Below, one piece after another: positions 16,557 through 25,754 of a stretch of 64,000 nt of DNA. This DNA is from a virus. The number at the start of each line of letters is the position of its first letter. Position 1 is the first letter of the stretch. Under the pieces are notes generated by a model. That model searched no databases and was not told the DNA's origin. It saw only the letters and a program-made list of their open reading frames with translations. Location: positions 1-64,000 of the IMG/VR virus record IMGVR_UViG_3300046779_002131; one strand, 5' to 3'. Made by a program: the position numbers and the translations under genes.

Positions 16557-17681
16557 TCAAATCTCTTGGTACAATACCATATGATTTTGGTTGCGTGATT
16601 GATCCAAAATGTCGTTGTAGATTTGGCATTGTGACCAAAGTTCGGAATCAAATTGGTTAAACAATACCGAATTTAGTAAATGTTCAATAGTATCTTGTTG
16701 TATTGAATCTAAATTCAAAGCCAAACATTGTTGTAGATATGTTAAAACTCGACGTCTTAGATCATCAGGCCAATTGTCTGCAGCCAAATAGTAAGGTCTA
16801 CGACATTGAAAGAATTGGTGACGGATTCCGTCACTGCCCATTTGCCCCTGCTGCTGAGAAAGCAGTTGTAAATTTCGCACATATCTCAGCAACGGTTGCA
16901 ATTGAAAAACATTGAGATTAGATATCACAGTGTTGATATCCATGCTTTGAGCATGACAAGCCAACCAATTTAAATTTGAATGGACCTGTGCCCAATCAGT
17001 ACCGTCGCGTATGATTTCAGCAGCGTATCCCACAGCATCTACACTCACAGTCCAATGTATTTGTTTGCAGTGCTTGGTTAGTTCATACCAAAAAGGATCT
17101 GTAAAACTTCCATTGGTAGTGATCAGTACCGAAAGATCAGGTAAGTTGGCATCAAGCACATGTTCTAGGATTGATCTAACTTCGGGAATGACAGTGGGTT
17201 CGCCTCCGGTGAACATCAACCTGCGCAGTTGCGACAAGTGGTTGATTATCCAATCCTTGTTTTTGACATCGGCGCTGGCGACCTTAATATCAATTACCCG
17301 TCCAAACCGACTCAATTCGGGTATCTGTTTATATTCTTGCGCAATGCCGTGACTGAATTCAGGAACACAACTACGGCATCTAAAGTTACAGATATTACTA
17401 CTGCGGTAATCAACAAAGTCTATTTCAGTGTCGTCAAAGCGTTGATTATTGTAATCACGTAGGCTGTTGGTGCGTAAACTTTCTCCCTGTGATTGTTCTT
17501 GATCAATGCAGGTTTGGCATTCCGGGGGAACTTGACCAGACAAAAAAGATTGCTGAATACGTTGCAGAGTTGGATTATTGGCCCACTGATCTAATGTTGT
17601 TACTTGTCGCGGAAATTGACAACAGGGTGCAAGACCGCTGTTGTCAACATATACATGGCGAAAAGGCAGTGGACAATACAA
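16557..17681 (-). CDS. radical SAM protein with N-terminal SPASM/twitch-like Cys cluster
   Basis: CNFRCRSC, FTGGEP and TTNG; N-terminal CPLPF..PCC..CQTC. Confidence 0.85.
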   Translation of the reverse strand: MYCPLPFRHVYVDNSGLAPCCQFPRQVTTLDQWANNPTLQRIQQSFLSGQVPPECQTCIDQEQSQGESLRTNSLRDYNNQRFDDTEIDFVDYRSSNICNFRCRSCVPEFSHGIAQEYKQIPELSRFGRVIDIKVASADVKNKDWIINHLSQLRRLMFTGGEPTVIPEVRSILEHVLDANLPDLSVLITTNGSFTDPFWYELTKHCKQIHWTVSVDAVGYAAEIIRDGTDWAQVHSNLNWLACHAQSMDINTVISNLNVFQLQPLLRYVRNLQLLSQQQGQMGSDGIRHQFFQCRRPYYLAADNWPDDLRRRVLTYLQQCLALNLDSIQQDTIEHLLNSVLFNQFDSELWSQCQIYNDILDQSRNQNHMVLYQEI

Positions 17682-18416
17682 TCAACTATGCCCCTTCATG
17701 CTTAGACAAAGATCATAAAACTCTTGTCTTAGAGCCGGATCATCTTTGAATGCACCTAGCATGATTGCAGTAGTCATATCTGACTCATGTTCACGTACAC
17801 CACGCATGGTCATGCAGTGATGTTCGGCTTTGACTACAACAGCAATATTTTCTGTTTTGGCATATTGTTTTAGAGCTTCGGCAATCTGCGTAGTCATTTC
17901 TTCTTGGATCTGTGGACGTTCGGCAATGTGATGCACAATGCGATTAAACTTACTGAGTCCAATTACTTCTTTATCAGGCACAATACCAACCCAGCATCGA
18001 CCAACAATGTTTTGAAAGTGGTGAGCACAGGTAGACCTTATACTAATAGGACCTGTTGTGTACAGGCTCTGATAGCCCATGTTGGGAAAGGCTGTGACCT
18101 TGGGCACTGATCGATAGCGGCCTGAAAACGTTTCGCGAATAAACATTTTGGCAACTCTGTTCGCTGTGTCTTGTGTGTTGTGATCGCGCATGGTATCAAT
18201 CACAAGACTCTGTAGAACTTCTTCTAGCTTGAGTGCTACTTCTGCTTGAAGTTCGTCTAGTTCACCTTCGGCGATATAATCTGCAATGTTGTCATTGCTG
18301 TGATATCTATGTTTGGCCAGTTCAAGCCTTGCTCTAATTCTTTGACTTGCAGGTTGAACTAGTTGTTCTGCAAATGATTCTGTATCGTTGTTTTCGTAAA
18401 GTTTATTGTATACCAT
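17682..18416 (-). CDS. folE: GTP cyclohydrolase I
   Basis: STCAHH, IGLSKFNR, RPQIQEEMT and HHCMTMRGV. Confidence 0.95.
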   Translation of the reverse strand: MVYNKLYENNDTESFAEQLVQPASQRIRARLELAKHRYHSNDNIADYIAEGELDELQAEVALKLEEVLQSLVIDTMRDHNTQDTANRVAKMFIRETFSGRYRSVPKVTAFPNMGYQSLYTTGPISIRSTCAHHFQNIVGRCWVGIVPDKEVIGLSKFNRIVHHIAERPQIQEEMTTQIAEALKQYAKTENIAVVVKAEHHCMTMRGVREHESDMTTAIMLGAFKDDPALRQEFYDLCLSMKGHS

Positions 18417-18454
18417 TTTTTCTCCGAGTTATAGACGTGGATGTCTATGTTTAA

Positions 18455-18483
18455 ATTATAAAGATATTTCTAGGTATTGTCAA
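18455..18483 (-). promoter_or_regulatory. consensus sigma70 promoter for folE
   Basis: TTGACA-N17-TATAAT. Confidence 0.8.
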
Positions 18484-18970
18484 CACCAGTGATTTGCAAT
18501 GTATAACGATTGACATGACCGTTGTTGACAGCTAAATGTGGAGTATCATATGTCCATGATACCCAATCTCCGGCTCTCCAATTTACAAAAGGATTACCGT
18601 CTACTTCTAAATAATGCCCGGGCTTCCAATCATCTAAAAACACAATGATTCTAACAATTTGATCGGGATCATCAATGTTGTTTCTTGATCTGTAGGTTGA
18701 ATACCGGTCACTATGCAATGGTAATATCATACCTGGCTGCAGTCTTGTGATTTGATATACCTTGTTATCAAGTTGTGCAAAATGCTGACCAAACTCTAGG
18801 AAATCGTCAAGCCCACCATAGACATCTGTTGCTATCATTTTATAGCGACGGTCGTCTTCGGGATCAACAAAGTTAAATCCGTTGTAGACGTTGGTGTGAT
18901 TTTGGTAAGAAAGTGATTCATAGTCCTGAGCTGACCATGTACATTCAATATGTCCTTGATTTATAGACAT
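18470..18970 (-). CDS. 2OG-Fe(II) dioxygenase/cupin-like protein
   Basis: LPLHSD (HxD), PHLAVN, RYTLQIT. Confidence 0.6.
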   Translation of the reverse strand: MSINQGHIECTWSAQDYESLSYQNHTNVYNGFNFVDPEDDRRYKMIATDVYGGLDDFLEFGQHFAQLDNKVYQITRLQPGMILPLHSDRYSTYRSRNNIDDPDQIVRIIVFLDDWKPGHYLEVDGNPFVNWRAGDWVSWTYDTPHLAVNNGHVNRYTLQITGVDNT

Positions 18971-19881
18971 AGTTTATTACGCCAAAAATCCACGGTCATC
19001 TTTAAACCATCTTCAAGTTTTACCTCTGGCTTCCAACCCAACACTTCGGTGATCAAGGTGTTGTCGCTGTTTAGCCAATAAATCTCGCCAGGGCGTAGAG
19101 GTTTGGTATCCCAGACTACATGCCCTTTCCACCCCACAATGTCAGCGATCATATCAACATAGTCTCGAATTTTAATTGGTTGATTGGGACCAATTGTAAA
19201 GATTCTACCGTGATTGACACGATGGGGATTGTTAATTACTGCTAACCAAGCGTCTAGCAAATCCGTGACATAGATAAAATTACGATAAGGTTCAGCATAA
19301 CCTAATCTAATTTCATTGGGATTCTTTAACATCTGAGTGATAATTTGTTCAGTCACAAAGAAATCGTTGTCCCTGCGACCATAAGCGTTGGTTTGTCTTA
19401 TGGCTGTGAATGGCAACATAAGAGACCTATGTGCGTACTCTAGATATTTTTCCACAGCATACTTGGCCACTGCATAGGGTGCATTGGGATTAGGCTGTGT
19501 GGATTCGTTAAATGCTTGCTTGACCACAGGCGTACCAAGATCAACAATATTGTCGCTGATAGGTTGCCAACCATAGACTTCCATAGTTGATGCAAATACA
19601 AAGTTTTGTAAGTTTTGGAGTTTTACAGCCGACTCAATTAAATTAACTGAACCTACATAGTTAATTTGACTAAATGTAATCTGTTCAGTAAAACTTTTTT
19701 CAACTTCAGTCCTAGCAGCTAGGTGTACAATAATTTCCGGATCAAAGGACAGCACTTCATCTTCAACTTGTTGAAAGTCCAATAGATCAGATGTCATTGA
19801 ATGTACTTCATGTTGCAGTTGCAACAAAGGTACCAAGTGAGATCCAATAAAACCCGATGCTCCAGTTACAAATATTTTCAT
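18961..19881 (-). CDS. NAD-dependent NDP-sugar epimerase/dehydratase
   Basis: TGASGFIG, HLAA and YAVAK (YxxxK). Confidence 0.9.
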   Translation of the reverse strand: MKIFVTGASGFIGSHLVPLLQLQHEVHSMTSDLLDFQQVEDEVLSFDPEIIVHLAARTEVEKSFTEQITFSQINYVGSVNLIESAVKLQNLQNFVFASTMEVYGWQPISDNIVDLGTPVVKQAFNESTQPNPNAPYAVAKYAVEKYLEYAHRSLMLPFTAIRQTNAYGRRDNDFFVTEQIITQMLKNPNEIRLGYAEPYRNFIYVTDLLDAWLAVINNPHRVNHGRIFTIGPNQPIKIRDYVDMIADIVGWKGHVVWDTKPLRPGEIYWLNSDNTLITEVLGWKPEVKLEDGLKMTVDFWRNKLCL

Positions 19882-21092
19882 TCGATTTTATTCACAGGAT
19901 ATTTTGCTTCATTGACATGGTCACGATATCTATTGTCACCACGATACCACTTGCTTGATGTAGGAACATGGTGAGAGATAATATCACAAATGCGATCCAC
20001 AGTGCCGTTGTTCCAATCCGAGATCAGACCCTGATTGTGATGAGGTTTTTGCAATAAGTTTTCTAACTTACAAAATGCATCATCTATTGACCAAGGCACA
20101 TAAAGTCGGTCGGGATCATTGGCAAAAGTTTCTGGAAAACTGCGATAAGCAGGATATAAAACATTACAACCAAGAGTATCTGCTTCTGATACAGTATTAC
20201 TGACCCAATCTTGTAGAGCGCAATTAAACAAAACGCGGCTATTGTTAAGTAAATCGTAGTAATCGTTCTTCTTGAGATTTTCATGAATAGTCAATAGACC
20301 TTGCGATGCAAATTCTCGAGCTCGTTCAACATATTGCAGATTGTTTGATCGCAATGGACCACCTTGCAGTATGGCAAATTCCACCTGACCACGATGTTGC
20401 CCCTGACGATGATACATTTCAATCAAGTCCATGAAAAAGTTGGGTTGCTTCTCTTGGTCGAACCTAGCAGCAAATACCACACGATATGGACGTTGATCAA
20501 ATGGTTTGACATTGCCGACACCACCAATGCGTTCTAGCACTTCGTCTTTGCCAAATGCTAGACCAGAAATATTATAGATAGGAGCACACCATCCAGCAAT
20601 ACGCATATGAGCAACCATTTCCTCATTTGTGGCGAGAATCCCGGTGACGAACTCATTGACCATGTGCTCATACTTCGCCATCCATTTCTCCATACCCCAT
20701 ACATGAACAAAGTCATCAGGATCAATGGACTGAGCAAGACACCTAACAAAAACACGGGGACGCTGATGAACAGGGACTTGATCAAATATGTAAGGTAAGC
20801 ATTCGATACCGGGTTGAAACATGTCTTCAAAGTAGATGACATCTTGTTCATTGAGTTCTCCGTTTTTGTGCATTTGCACAAGATTCATTAATTGGCTCAT
20901 GCCAAAGTAACTGCGACCATGTGCATCAAGAACCTGCCCTACTGAAATAGCCTGTGAGTTGTCAATGGTAGTACCAGGCACATAGACAACATCATATCCT
21001 CGACGTTCAAACACACGACGATTCCATTCAGTCAACTGCAATGTATAGCGGGATTCATAACTTTCTAATCCCATGTAGTAGAGTTTTCTCAT
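19878..21092 (-). CDS. GT-B (GT4-like) glycosyltransferase
   Basis: VVFAARFDQEKQP; C-terminal sugar-nucleotide motif DWVSNTVSEA (D/E-x7-E); YPAYRSFPE. Confidence 0.7.
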   Translation of the reverse strand: MRKLYYMGLESYESRYTLQLTEWNRRVFERRGYDVVYVPGTTIDNSQAISVGQVLDAHGRSYFGMSQLMNLVQMHKNGELNEQDVIYFEDMFQPGIECLPYIFDQVPVHQRPRVFVRCLAQSIDPDDFVHVWGMEKWMAKYEHMVNEFVTGILATNEEMVAHMRIAGWCAPIYNISGLAFGKDEVLERIGGVGNVKPFDQRPYRVVFAARFDQEKQPNFFMDLIEMYHRQGQHRGQVEFAILQGGPLRSNNLQYVERAREFASQGLLTIHENLKKNDYYDLLNNSRVLFNCALQDWVSNTVSEADTLGCNVLYPAYRSFPETFANDPDRLYVPWSIDDAFCKLENLLQKPHHNQGLISDWNNGTVDRICDIISHHVPTSSKWYRGDNRYRDHVNEAKYPVNKIE

Positions 21093-21475
21093 TAATCTCC
21101 TTTGCGGCGGAATCCTTCAATTGCGCCTTTGAAATTATACGGATACAGATCCTTGGCAGATGTTGGTGGCCATTGTTTTGGATCGGATGAAGTTTGATTC
21201 TGTGCCAGTCCGTATTTTAAATTACTAATTTGGCTTTCTATATCTGATAATTTGCGATTTACCACATGCACATCTTCATACATTCTACGCAAAGGACCGT
21301 GACTTGCTCGTCTTTGTCCTTCGTGGTCACCAGTATCAGTTAAGATAACCATCATCATTAATTGGCGTAGTGCGTTTTTGACTCTAGGATCATTACTGAC
21401 CATCGCTTCATCAAACATTTCAATAAAGCGTTCTAAGTCATAATCTGCAGCGTCTTTTTCACGCATGGCGCTCAT
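21092..21475 (-). CDS. hypothetical protein
   Basis: ORF fits packing. Confidence 0.65.
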   Translation of the reverse strand: MSAMREKDAADYDLERFIEMFDEAMVSNDPRVKNALRQLMMMVILTDTGDHEGQRRASHGPLRRMYEDVHVVNRKLSDIESQISNLKYGLAQNQTSSDPKQWPPTSAKDLYPYNFKGAIEGFRRKGD

Positions 21476-21696
21476 TATATTGACCTTCCGAATCTACGCC
21501 CATCTTCGACCCACATATCTTTGACAGTTTTACCCTGTTGATATTTGTTAAACTGTTGGAACGCATAGCTCTTCCAGTTGTAAAGATCGCTTTCGTTAAA
21601 GCGATATCCGTGATCTCGACAGAACTCTAGAAAGTTTTCCAAGTCGTCAAGGATTTGTGAAGTTTTGGCATTGGGCTGAATATGTGGCTTAGCCAT
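21475..21696 (-). CDS. hypothetical protein
   Basis: SD AGGAG. Confidence 0.7.
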   Translation of the reverse strand: MAKPHIQPNAKTSQILDDLENFLEFCRDHGYRFNESDLYNWKSYAFQQFNKYQQGKTVKDMWVEDGRRFGRSI

Positions 21697-21718
21697 TTTA
21701 ATCTCCTAGTTATTGAGT

Positions 21719-22645
21719 TTAATTGTTAGGGTCGTGAGCAATACCACGCCACTGTTTTATTTTTACTTCTTCTGTTTCTGGAGTATCTTCACTCCAAGTG
21801 CTAATCCATCTTGTACCAGTCCAACGTAATGTAGTGGTATCTGTAAATGGCCATTTTTTCTTGTTGTTACCTTGTATTTCATAAATGCCTTCTCTTACTG
21901 GATTCATTGTTTTAGGAAACCACTCGGTCATTTCATACACACAATCATCACTGTCTCGATATCGTTCCCACCGACCGTCCTGCATTGATCCGGCTACGTA
22001 AAAAGCAAATTCTGAACTCTTGCCAGTTGTGTCTCCTCCGCAGTTGTCAATGTCAATGCCATCATAACTTGCACCAAAAATAATTTCGTTACCATCAACT
22101 TCTTCAACAAGCAATGTTAGTTTAGAGATATCAAAAGGAGCGGTAAGTTCAATTTCACCTTCAAAGAAAGTGCCTTTTTCCCCAGAACTACCAATGAATA
22201 CCACAGTGCCGAGAGATTGTTCATCAATATAAGATTCGTCACCAAACTCCCATTCCGGACTATCATCATACCCAGTGCAGTCGTCAAGACTTTTTTGCCA
22301 AACACTTACGTCGTTCTCATCATCAATATTTAGAGTTCCATGATTACGGTCAACACCATTTGTATGTGCTATGTTGTCACATTCGTACCAGCTACCAGGA
22401 GGGAATGGCCACATCTCTTCAGGGATATTGTGTTCTTCAGCGTAGTCGCTATCCCAGGCAAAGTCACTTACTGATAGTCTACGATAACGGAAGTAATCGT
22501 AGATTTTACGATCCACTGTGCCCATAACATGTTCGCCGCCATACCCCCAAATACTAATCTTATAAGTTCGCGGTGTAAATTTCAAAGTCGCAATGAGTTT
22601 TTCTTGATCAGCTATAAGCTCTGCAGACTTTTTAACTCGGGGCAT
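21719..22645 (-). CDS. acidic hypothetical protein
   Basis: 308-aa ORF with SD AAGGAG. Confidence 0.75.
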   Translation of the reverse strand: MPRVKKSAELIADQEKLIATLKFTPRTYKISIWGYGGEHVMGTVDRKIYDYFRYRRLSVSDFAWDSDYAEEHNIPEEMWPFPPGSWYECDNIAHTNGVDRNHGTLNIDDENDVSVWQKSLDDCTGYDDSPEWEFGDESYIDEQSLGTVVFIGSSGEKGTFFEGEIELTAPFDISKLTLLVEEVDGNEIIFGASYDGIDIDNCGGDTTGKSSEFAFYVAGSMQDGRWERYRDSDDCVYEMTEWFPKTMNPVREGIYEIQGNNKKKWPFTDTTTLRWTGTRWISTWSEDTPETEEVKIKQWRGIAHDPNN

Positions 22646-22654
22646 AAGAGCTCC

Positions 22655-23083
22655 TTAGATTTTTATTGATTGATAAGGTTGATGTGTGTTGTACGTAATA
22701 GTACAGCCATTTTCGCCATCTTCACTTACGCCAATTATAACATTACGTCCAGGAAATTTACTAGAGATTTGGACATATAAGTCATCTGCGATCATTTCAC
22801 AGCTCTTGTAGTTTAAAACGAGTATCGAATTATTATACAACCCTTCGAGCCAGCGTTTGAACTGGATGAATTCGATGTCCCTGTCATTGTGGAACACATC
22901 GATTGACACCCGGAAGTGGAAAATATGACGATGCTCATTAGCAAGAAAACTAACATCTGCAAGTTTTGGATCCTCCGCTGCTGCCGGATATTTATGAATA
23001 CCTTCTTTGCGGAAAGTAACCCAAATTTGTCGTTGAGCTCGTTCCATGATTCTTTCTGTTGTAGCACGTTCGTCTTGATTCAC
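22655..23083 (-). CDS. dpdL: QueD-like T-fold protein, DpdL-like (candidate 7-carboxy-7-deazaguanine decarboxylase)
   Basis: EGIH, FLANEHRHIF (LxxxHRHxF), SCEMIA and EDGENG; lacks the CxxxHGH of QueD; a true queD exists elsewhere in the window. Confidence 0.65.
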   Translation of the reverse strand: MNQDERATTERIMERAQRQIWVTFRKEGIHKYPAAAEDPKLADVSFLANEHRHIFHFRVSIDVFHNDRDIEFIQFKRWLEGLYNNSILVLNYKSCEMIADDLYVQISSKFPGRNVIIGVSEDGENGCTITYNTHQPYQSIKI

Positions 23084-23559
23084 AGTTGTTCCTTTTTTGT
23101 CAAAAGTTGTTTTTTACCGGCACGTACAAAAGTTCTATGAGCAGTAGATTTTGTAGGCTTGTTGATGAGATTGATTCTAAATGGTGCATTGATATAAAAT
23201 TTTGATGCAGTGAGGTACCAGTCATCATCGTTTTCTATGATACGATTTATTGCGCCTTTGGCATAGTCCTTTTGTATTCTATGACGCTCTTTCTCGTTCC
23301 AGGAATCACCACTAAAGGAATAGTTAATTGCCACAGTATCTTCAAACTCAGACCCCAAAGACATATCACACTCAATAAACATGTCTTGCATACTGATTTT
23401 TTCTTTGGTGTCAACATAGCCTTGACCCCATTGAAACCATTCTTCAATGGTAACAACTTGTTCTTGAACACCACGAATTTTTTTAAGAGTATAAGATACC
23501 TTGACGCTCCGAGGTTCGGTGGGCGTGATTAGATATACTTTATCTTCAAAATCTTCCAT
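23080..23559 (-). CDS. hypothetical protein
   Basis: ORF fits packing. Confidence 0.6.
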   Translation of the reverse strand: MEDFEDKVYLITPTEPRSVKVSYTLKKIRGVQEQVVTIEEWFQWGQGYVDTKEKISMQDMFIECDMSLGSEFEDTVAINYSFSGDSWNEKERHRIQKDYAKGAINRIIENDDDWYLTASKFYINAPFRINLINKPTKSTAHRTFVRAGKKQLLTKKEQL

Positions 23560-23867
23560 TATAGTTGTCGCAAACTTTCAATACTGATAATTTTACCTAA
23601 TTCTGTAGTAAAGTCTTGATCTGATGTGATTATATAGGTCTTGTTGTCGCTGCGATCAAGTTTTTTGTCGTAGTGCTTGAATGTAACTAGAGAACCACCA
23701 ATAACCTTTTTTACACTGATGCGTAACCCATCACTGAGATCATGAGGATCATCTTCTATTAATCGAGCTTCTGATGTAATCACAGAACCAACGTCCAACA
23801 TGTGTTTGTTGTCCCAAGCCCATTTACTTTTATGTAAAAACCATTTGTCAAACCATTTCATTACCAT
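23559..23867 (-). CDS. hypothetical protein
   Basis: ORF fits packing. Confidence 0.65.
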   Translation of the reverse strand: MVMKWFDKWFLHKSKWAWDNKHMLDVGSVITSEARLIEDDPHDLSDGLRISVKKVIGGSLVTFKHYDKKLDRSDNKTYIITSDQDFTTELGKIISIESLRQL

Positions 23868-24367
23868 ACCTCGTCATCGTTGTAAGCGTCCCAACCTGTG
23901 AATGCATGTTGAGATTTTAAATCGTGGATTCTGTGGCACCACACGCCAAAATTTGTTGCATCAAAGTCCTTGTCATCCAACTTCAATACAGCATTGTAAC
24001 CAAGTTGATCAATATAAGGCAACTTAGCAGAAATCATAGGAATGAATCTACGATATTCAGTGAGTCCTGATTCCAACAAGCCTTCTACTTCGGAAATATC
24101 AAGATCCAAAGTGACCCAGAAGTCTCGTTTCAAAAAGTATTTGGCCATACCTTCGAAGTATCCCCAGGTTTCGGCTCCGGCACTGCGAGGGAAACTATGA
24201 TTGGCACCTAGGTAAACATGCCGTGATCCCGAACGTTCGGCAGTTCGTTCTATGTCATTGACATTTTGCACACCTATTACAAATACTGTGCGCTCTCGAT
24301 ATTGTGCTGTGCGTTCTACTTCAATGCCAGTGAAGATAGTGGCCTTTTCATGTCCTTGTCTATTCAT
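23861..24367 (-). CDS. hypothetical protein in the deazaguanine gene region
   Basis: FTGIEVE...HVYLGANHSF...KLDDKDFDATNFGVW. Confidence 0.7.
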   Translation of the reverse strand: MNRQGHEKATIFTGIEVERTAQYRERTVFVIGVQNVNDIERTAERSGSRHVYLGANHSFPRSAGAETWGYFEGMAKYFLKRDFWVTLDLDISEVEGLLESGLTEYRRFIPMISAKLPYIDQLGYNAVLKLDDKDFDATNFGVWCHRIHDLKSQHAFTGWDAYNDDEVW

Positions 24368-25617
24368 AGATTATTTAGATTTCCCTCGCTGAGGTCGGTA
24401 ATTTTATCCCAGTCCTCTTGAATGATGTTGTAGAATTCAGGAAACGTTTTGGCAAAATTTTGATGCCGATACAGATCCTGCCGTTTGGTCCATATAATAA
24501 ACTGACGCCATGCTAATGGATTGTGTGATTGTACTTGTAAAAAACCTCGAACTTCAGGAGATTGAATATGTTCCAACATTTGTAATTTTACATGATCTGG
24601 TGCTGCGTGTACAGCCAAATAGGTAGGATGCGCCACCATATTGATATAATGTGCTCCTACAGTAGTTTGAGCCCAGTCAATTATCTCATCAATATAGTAT
24701 GCATTGAGTAAGGTACAGCATGGTGATACCACATGCGTAACTTCGGCAGATATTTGATTTTTTAAATCAAGCAATGCCTGGACATTCTGTTCGACTTCGA
24801 GCCAATTACCCGGATATCTAAGATAGTGAAATTTGTCACCAGTATGGTCAATGCTCAAGCTGAACTCAATTCGCCGAAACTTATCCCAGACTCTTTGATG
24901 ACGGGGATTGATGGCCTGTGTACAATTGGTGCTGTAAAAAATTGTAACGTTTTTGCTGCGTCCGGTTGATACCAAATGCTCAAGAAAATCTAAATGTGTG
25001 AGATTCAGCAATGGTTCGCCACCATAAAACTCTAGTTTAGTAATGTTAGCGTCAATTTCATCAAATTTTGAATAATCAGTGTGCCGGGGTGCTAGGCGTG
25101 CAACAAATCTGTTGCCAGGGTCACCAAAAATATTAATGGTACCGTACTTTTCAGTATAATGTAATCCTTCTCGATGATAACTGTTAGAATCGTAACCACC
25201 GCAGGTTCTACAAGCAAGATTGCATACATTACTGACTTTGGTGCTTATCAGTTGTGGACCTTGTTGCCATTGGCCTGTGAGTATAAGATCGCTATAGGCT
25301 TCTGGATACCACTCTAGCATACGCTGCCTAAGACTGGATTTACCAGCTACTTCTTCGTTGGTACATTTAACACAAGGTTCGGGAATTTGATTGCTGGCAA
25401 ATTGTTTGCGCATTTGATTGTATTCGTCACTGCGCCAACGCTCCAATGGAGTTCGATCTTCCATCAACCATTCAGTAACACCGTAAGCACAAGGACTTGT
25501 TTTACCATAGGTAGTTTGCATAGTACTGATAAACGGAGCCACACAAAAGTTCTTGGGCCTTTGTTTTGGTATTATTTTTTGTATGTTATCTAGATTATTG
25601 CTTACGGAGTGATTCAA
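24364..25617 (-). CDS. radical SAM protein with N-terminal SPASM/twitch-like region
   Basis: CNLACRTC, FYGGEPLL and STN. Confidence 0.85.
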   Translation of the reverse strand: MNHSVSNNLDNIQKIIPKQRPKNFCVAPFISTMQTTYGKTSPCAYGVTEWLMEDRTPLERWRSDEYNQMRKQFASNQIPEPCVKCTNEEVAGKSSLRQRMLEWYPEAYSDLILTGQWQQGPQLISTKVSNVCNLACRTCGGYDSNSYHREGLHYTEKYGTINIFGDPGNRFVARLAPRHTDYSKFDEIDANITKLEFYGGEPLLNLTHLDFLEHLVSTGRSKNVTIFYSTNCTQAINPRHQRVWDKFRRIEFSLSIDHTGDKFHYLRYPGNWLEVEQNVQALLDLKNQISAEVTHVVSPCCTLLNAYYIDEIIDWAQTTVGAHYINMVAHPTYLAVHAAPDHVKLQMLEHIQSPEVRGFLQVQSHNPLAWRQFIIWTKRQDLYRHQNFAKTFPEFYNIIQEDWDKITDLSEGNLNNL

Positions 25618-25753
25618 TTTGATCTCGGATGCGTAGTTTTAATTTCTTAGCCTCGCGTATGACATCATGGTCGCTGTGTGGGTGCTTTTCTAATTTTCCT
25701 AATTGCTTTTCTAAATTGTGATGCTCTTGTTCCAGCTCCCCCAGCGTCATCAT
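25595..25753 (-). CDS. YdcH/DUF465-like small coiled-coil protein
   Basis: LEQEHHNLE...KKLKLRIRDQI. Confidence 0.6.
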   Translation of the reverse strand: MMTLGELEQEHHNLEKQLGKLEKHPHSDHDVIREAKKLKLRIRDQIESLRKQ

Positions 25754-25754
25754 C

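Noticed and set aside
22655-23083. Calling this a second canonical QueD
   Set aside because: It lacks the CxxxHGH motif and has LxxxHRHxF instead; a canonical queD is at 12400-12915.
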